In this document: piece after piece, positions 59,080 through 64,000 of the stretch
Layout of the letters: each line of letters begins with the position of its first letter
Position numbering within the stretch: the first letter of the stretch is position 1
Notes under the pieces: model-generated
Seen by the model: the letters and a program-made list of their open reading frames with translations, nothing else
What the model was told of the DNA's origin: nothing
Database searches by the model: none
Made by a program: the position numbers and the translations under genes
Virus record (IMG/VR): IMGVR_UViG_3300037419_002082
Coordinates: 1-64,000 of that record
Strand: one strand, 5' to 3'
Source of the DNA: a virus
DNA: 64,000 nt

Positions 59080-59694
59080 ATGAAAAAACTCACTAAAAAG
59101 CAAGTTAAACTATTAGAAGATAATTTACCCTTTGTAACGTATGTTGCAAAAAGATATTTTAGCAAGACAGACTTTGATAAAAATAGGGATATAATTCAAG
59201 AAGGAATTTTTGCTATGGCTAAAGCTTTACCTAAGTATGACCCAGAAAAAGGAAAAATTACAACCTATTTATTTCCAACTTTAGATGGCCATTTAAAAAG
59301 GTATGTTCGTTATCAAGATAGATTAATTCCTATTCCGCATCAGAAGCATTTAAAACAGGAAACTATGGCTAAAGCAGAACAAGCTAAAAATGTATACTCT
59401 TTAGATTTGGAATACAAAGGAAGTGGAAATCAAGATAAGGAGCCGTATACTTTAATGCATGTTATTCCAGATAAGAAAACTGAAGAAATGGATGAAAAAA
59501 TTATAAATAAAATAGTTTTAATTGATGGTATTAAAACTCAGTTAGATTGGAGAGAAAAAGTAATTATTACTTATCGCTTCTATTTTGACCTTGACCAGAC
59601 ACAAATTGGTAAATTAATGGGAATATCACAGGTGCACACACATAGAATAATTAGTAAGGCTTTAGTTAAGCTAAAAAATTATATTACAAAGTAA
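59080..59694 (+). CDS. Fourth sigma-70-family factor (SigF/SigB-like)
   Basis: 'DIIQEGIFAM.KA..KYD', 'DQTQIGKLMGISQVHTHRI'; AGGAGG RBS. Confidence 0.85.
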   Translation: MKKLTKKQVKLLEDNLPFVTYVAKRYFSKTDFDKNRDIIQEGIFAMAKALPKYDPEKGKITTYLFPTLDGHLKRYVRYQDRLIPIPHQKHLKQETMAKAEQAKNVYSLDLEYKGSGNQDKEPYTLMHVIPDKKTEEMDEKIINKIVLIDGIKTQLDWREKVIITYRFYFDLDQTQIGKLMGISQVHTHRIISKALVKLKNYITK

Positions 59695-59770
59695 GAAACC
59701 TTTCAATCCCATATAGAACTTTTGTTATATAATAAAAATAAAAGATTATATTATGAATAGAGGTTATTAT

Positions 59771-60313
59771 ATGGACATCACGGTAGTTAATCCTATTCCA
59801 CAAAATGATATAGATGAAATTTTATCTAGTTATAATAAAGGTTTTAATGGATTAAAAGTAATTGGTCAAGGTTACAGTGCCCAAGTTTTAAAATATAAAA
59901 ATTATGCTATAAAAGCCTATGAAGATGAAGGCTTTAGTGACGGTGAAATATTAGAAAACTTTCAGGATAATGATTTATTTCCAAAATTATATTTCTACAA
60001 TGAATATTTTATGGTTACAGAATTTCTAAGTATAATTCCAGCATATCAATATTTTGAAAGAAATATTGGAATAGAACATGATGCAGAAGAAATATTCAAA
60101 TATTGTTGGCAAAAGGGCTTTAAAATTCAAGATATCCATGATGAAAATGTTGTTGTAACATTAGATGATAAATTAAAAATAATTGATGTTGGAATGTTTA
60201 AAAGAATATATGGCAATCCATCATTAGGTCAAATTATTAAAGAATCTAGTACAGATTTTATTGAGTTAGGAAATATAATAGAGCATATTAAAAGGCCACC
60301 TATAGCTATTTAA
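59771..60313 (+). CDS. Ser/Thr-protein-kinase-like (PKL) protein
   Basis: 'IGQGYSAQV', 'AIK', 'DIHDENV', 'IIDVG'. Confidence 0.75.
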   Translation: MDITVVNPIPQNDIDEILSSYNKGFNGLKVIGQGYSAQVLKYKNYAIKAYEDEGFSDGEILENFQDNDLFPKLYFYNEYFMVTEFLSIIPAYQYFERNIGIEHDAEEIFKYCWQKGFKIQDIHDENVVVTLDDKLKIIDVGMFKRIYGNPSLGQIIKESSTDFIELGNIIEHIKRPPIAI

Positions 60314-60388
60314 GTGAAACTTCAGTTTTCTGAAGTTTTTCTTTGTTATATAATATATTATATGAAGAAATTAGAAAGAAGGGATAGA

Positions 60389-60580
60389 ATGGATTTAAAA
60401 AAGCTAAGTTATAAATGCAGAGATAAAATTGCTGATAATTTTATTATTTTTCACGAAATTTTTGAAAATAAAGATTTATCAAATGAAAGTAAACTTAATT
60501 TAATGAAAATGCTCAAAAATGGTATAATTGTTGAATTAGAAGAAATGGAAGATTATATAATAGAGGAGATGAATAAATGA
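60389..60580 (+). CDS. Hypothetical protein
   Basis: Short ORF coupled to dnaE. Confidence 0.5.
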   Translation: MDLKKLSYKCRDKIADNFIIFHEIFENKDLSNESKLNLMKMLKNGIIVELEEMEDYIIEEMNK

Positions 60581-63500
60581 TACATCTTCGTATGCATGAC
60601 CATTATTCAATAAAACGTGCATTCGGTACTCCAAGAGATTATTTATTAAAAGCAGAAGAACTTGGATTAAAGTATTTATCAATTACTAATTATGGTAATG
60701 ACCATGCATATCCTTATTATCGTTCTGAATTAAATTACCTTAATTCTCATGGCCATAATATTGACATTCAATTCCTTTATGGAGTAGAGTTTTATATTAC
60801 TCAGGATATGACAGCAAAAGGGCGTCCTAATTTTGATGATATAAACTATGGTAATGATACTGTTATTTTTATGGCAAAAAATAATGAAGGTTATGTAGAA
60901 TTACTTAAAATTTTATCTGATGCCAATTTATCAGAACATTATTTTACCGTTCCAAGAATAGACTTTGATTATCTTACAGAAATTAATTCAGAAAATTTAG
61001 TTTGTATTGTACCGATAGATTTTGGGACTATTCCAAAATTACTATTAGCGAATGAAGATGCTTATGCCAAAGATTTATTAGGCCTTTTCAAAGGAGTATT
61101 TGGGGAAGATTTATACTTTGAAATTTCTGCCAATGTATCTCCTGTTAATAAAATTCTTAATGCTAAAATGATAGAATTAGCAATGGAGAATAATATTAAA
61201 TGTATAGCATCAGCTAATGTACATTATCCTAGTAAAGAAGATAAGAAAGTACATGATGTAGTATTAGCATTTGGTCAAAAGAAAACTTTTGCTGAAAATG
61301 ATTTATATTCACTCGGTACTGATGATAATTATCTAAGAGATAGAGAATCAGTGGAACGAGGTTTACATGAGAATGGAGTCAATGAAATTCTAATAGAAGA
61401 ATTCATTCTAAATACTGAAAGAATTGCTGCTAAATGTTCATTTGATTTAGAAATAGCACCTATGAGCTTACCTAATACAGATGTTATTTTACCAGAAGAA
61501 TATAAAGGTAAACCTGTTGAATATTTTCAATATTTAATAGAAAAAGGTTGGAATGAATTAATAGTTCCACGTATAGATTCAGGAGAATGGGACGAAATTA
61601 AATCCGAAGATATTCCTACCTATATTGAACGTAAAGAATACGAATTTGATATGATAAAAAATATCTTTACAATTAAAGACCCTAACCATCCTATGAAAAA
61701 TGGTTTTGTTGATTACTTCTTAATAGTATCGGATTATACTAAGTGGGCTAAAGGAATAGACAGAAGGATAATGAAAGATTTTCCTATAATTGAAGTCGGG
61801 CCTGCGCGAGGAAGTGTATCCGGTTCGCTTATTGGGCACTTAACTAGAATGTCAACAGTCGATCCGCTACCTTGGGGACTTACCTTTGAGCGATTCATAA
61901 ATCCGGAAAGAATTAGTTGGCCGGACGTGGATTTAGATTTTGACCCCGATTTTGCTTGGGGTGTAGAACGTTATCTCATAGAAACTTATGGATACGACCA
62001 TGTTGCCCATATCCTAACATTCCAAACTGCAGCTAGTAAAAAGACTTTTGAGGCTGTTTCAAAAGTAATGACTGGTAGCTATGGAAAATATAAAGAAAAA
62101 GTTAAAAGAGAAAAATGGGTTTCTGAAAATCAATTAAAGAAATTAGTACCAATGGATGCTAAAGAAGCAAGAGAAATCCAAAACTTAATTGATTCCAATT
62201 ATAGCCTAAAAGATTTAATTGACCCAAATAGCAATTGTACTATTGATGAATTACACGAAAAATCACAGCTATCAGCTTATAAAGAAATGTTTGAAATAGC
62301 TGCTAAAATGGAAGGTTTAATAACTTCTACTGGTTCTCATCCAGGAGCTGTTATTATAACAGAAAAACCTATTTACAATTATACTTCCCGAGTAAACACA
62401 GCAAAATATGATGATGGTTATCCATTAGTTACAACTTCTTATGAGAAATACGCATTAGAAGAAGTAAACACAATGAAATTTGACTTATTGAGATTAAGAG
62501 AATTAACAATTGTAAAAGCTTGTTTAGGATTTATAGAAGAATCAACTGGAGTAAAGGTTGATTTAGACAGAATAAATCCATTTGACATTGAATCAAATAA
62601 AAAGATTTTGCAGCTTATGAAAGATGGAGACCTTGATGGAGTATTTCAATTTTCATCACACCTTTATAAATCTATTATAGAAGAAGTACTTTCTGGAATA
62701 GAAAGTCGTGGAGATGAAGTTGTTGCTAAAGATTTATTTAATATTATTGTAGCTCTTGAAGCTTTAGGGCGACCAGGTCCATTAGAAGGTGGAATGGTTC
62801 CAACATTTGCAGCAGGTCTTGCAGACCCAGATAGTGTAGAAGAAATACACCCAGTAGTTGATAAAATTCTTTCAGAAACATATGGAAATATGTTATATCA
62901 GGAACAATTGATGTTTATACTACGATTTATGGGTGGATTTTCATTAGGTCAAGCAGATATGGTTCGACGAGGTATTGCATCTGGTAAACTAGAAAAAATT
63001 GAAGAACAACGTGGTGCATTTATAGAAGGTGTAGAAAGGGTTCAGTTAGAAGAAAATCCTAACACTACTCCAGAAGAAATGGCATCATTAATTGAATTAG
63101 CACATCATATTTTTGACTTAATGGCAAAATGGGCAGGATACGGATTTAATAAAGCGCACTCAGTTGGTTATGGATTTTTAACATTACGTGGTGCTTATTT
63201 AAAAGCTAATTATAAATCGCACTTTATGGCAGCTCTTATGTCAGCACAGAAAGATGAAAATAAACTTACTGGATATATAGATGAAATAAGAGCCAGAGGT
63301 ATTCAAGTGCTTCCACCTAAAATAAATAAATCTTTAAAAGGATTTACAGTAGTTGGAGAAGACATTTTATTTGGACTCCATGCCATCAAAGGTGTAGGAG
63401 CTGCAGCAATAGAAAAAATAATTTCTAATTATCCTTATAATGGTATTATGGATTTTATTTTGAAAGCTGGAAATAAAACAGTATTACCACCATTAATTAA

Positions 63501-64000
63501 AGCAGGATATTTTGAAGAGGATAAAAAATTCCTTTTAAAATATTGGGAAGTAATGGTTGAAATTAAAAATTGTAAAACTAAAGCTGAGGAGTCATTAGTT
63601 GATTATCTCTTAGAAAATGGTATAAATCAGGATAACCAGATGGACATAGGAAAACGATTTGAAAATATCATATATGAGAAATCATTAAAAAAGAGAAATC
63701 CAAAGACTGTAGCAGAATGCAAAGCTTTAATTCATAGGGAAGAATATTCACATCTTGAATTACTTACTATGGAAAAAGATGTTCTTGGATTATATTTATC
63801 TGAAAGCCCATTAGATAAATTTAGAGATATTATTGTAAGCCAAACAACTTTATGTAATAATATCAAAGAGCATAAAATGAATGAAGAATTTTATGTAGTG
63901 GGTATGGTTTTAGAAACTCCTCCAAAGAGAAAAGATAAAAATGGTAATTATATGGCATTCTTGAAATTACAAATGTATGATGGAATACTAGATGTACCAG
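60577..64000 (+). CDS. dnaE: DNA polymerase III alpha subunit (family C), truncated by the window end; missing from the ORF track
   Basis: ATG at 60577 (MIHLRMHDHYS, PHP domain); 'GPARGS', 'FERFINPERISWPDVDLDF', 'GSHPGAVII', 'KFDLL', 'YQEQ', 'GYGFNKAHS'. Confidence 0.92.
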   Translation, partial: MIHLRMHDHYSIKRAFGTPRDYLLKAEELGLKYLSITNYGNDHAYPYYRSELNYLNSHGHNIDIQFLYGVEFYITQDMTAKGRPNFDDINYGNDTVIFMAKNNEGYVELLKILSDANLSEHYFTVPRIDFDYLTEINSENLVCIVPIDFGTIPKLLLANEDAYAKDLLGLFKGVFGEDLYFEISANVSPVNKILNAKMIELAMENNIKCIASANVHYPSKEDKKVHDVVLAFGQKKTFAENDLYSLGTDDNYLRDRESVERGLHENGVNEILIEEFILNTERIAAKCSFDLEIAPMSLPNTDVILPEEYKGKPVEYFQYLIEKGWNELIVPRIDSGEWDEIKSEDIPTYIERKEYEFDMIKNIFTIKDPNHPMKNGFVDYFLIVSDYTKWAKGIDRRIMKDFPIIEVGPARGSVSGSLIGHLTRMSTVDPLPWGLTFERFINPERISWPDVDLDFDPDFAWGVERYLIETYGYDHVAHILTFQTAASKKTFEAVSKVMTGSYGKYKEKVKREKWVSENQLKKLVPMDAKEAREIQNLIDSNYSLKDLIDPNSNCTIDELHEKSQLSAYKEMFEIAAKMEGLITSTGSHPGAVIITEKPIYNYTSRVNTAKYDDGYPLVTTSYEKYALEEVNTMKFDLLRLRELTIVKACLGFIEESTGVKVDLDRINPFDIESNKKILQLMKDGDLDGVFQFSSHLYKSIIEEVLSGIESRGDEVVAKDLFNIIVALEALGRPGPLEGGMVPTFAAGLADPDSVEEIHPVVDKILSETYGNMLYQEQLMFILRFMGGFSLGQADMVRRGIASGKLEKIEEQRGAFIEGVERVQLEENPNTTPEEMASLIELAHHIFDLMAKWAGYGFNKAHSVGYGFLTLRGAYLKANYKSHFMAALMSAQKDENKLTGYIDEIRARGIQVLPPKINKSLKGFTVVGEDILFGLHAIKGVGAAAIEKIISNYPYNGIMDFILKAGNKTVLPPLIKAGYFEEDKKFLLKYWEVMVEIKNCKTKAEESLVDYLLENGINQDNQMDIGKRFENIIYEKSLKKRNPKTVAECKALIHREEYSHLELLTMEKDVLGLYLSESPLDKFRDIIVSQTTLCNNIKEHKMNEEFYVVGMVLETPPKRKDKNGNYMAFLKLQMYDGILDVP

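Noticed and set aside
41247-64000. Inteins or group I introns in nrdJ, dnaB, dnaG or dnaE
   Set aside because: Reading frames appear continuous with normal motif spacing, and no intein C...HN boundaries were seen.
1-64000. Lysogeny module or att site
   Set aside because: No integrase, repressor/antirepressor pair or host flank in this window, so lifestyle cannot be determined.

Overview
This is a 64-kb, AT-rich segment of a large contractile-tailed (myovirus-type) phage infecting a spore-forming Bacillota host, probably Bacillaceae. From left to right it contains: accessory tail/adhesin genes; a host-manipulation block (three sporulation-type sigma factors, SpoIIID, a Rok-like protein, YozD, SLOG, thymidine kinase, RNase H, PhoH); a complete virion morphogenesis operon from terminase to tail fibre, including a -1 frameshifted tail chaperone; a holin/amidase/holin lysis cassette; and, on the minus strand, class II RNR, a non-coding RNA cluster and primase/helicase/loader genes. 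The right end holds a nucleotide-metabolism block and a truncated DnaE-type polymerase that is absent from the ORF track. The leading candidate for a new system is a full NDP-heptose pathway (GmhA, split HldE kinase and nucleotidyltransferase, GmhB) in a Gram-positive phage. It lies between a GT-B glycosyltransferase and a dNMP kinase plus a divergent thymidylate-synthase homologue with a cytosine-type specificity residue, just upstream of the DNA polymerase, which suggests heptosylated-cytosine DNA. The second candidate is an array of structured RNAs next to tRNA-Pro, including two tandem D-stem-less tRNA-like scaffolds that carry cargo in place of the anticodon arm. Also seen are a recurrent GAAAC-N27/28-TATAAT promoter class, CodY boxes and strong GATC avoidance. 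All product calls come from motif recognition by eye; no searches were run.
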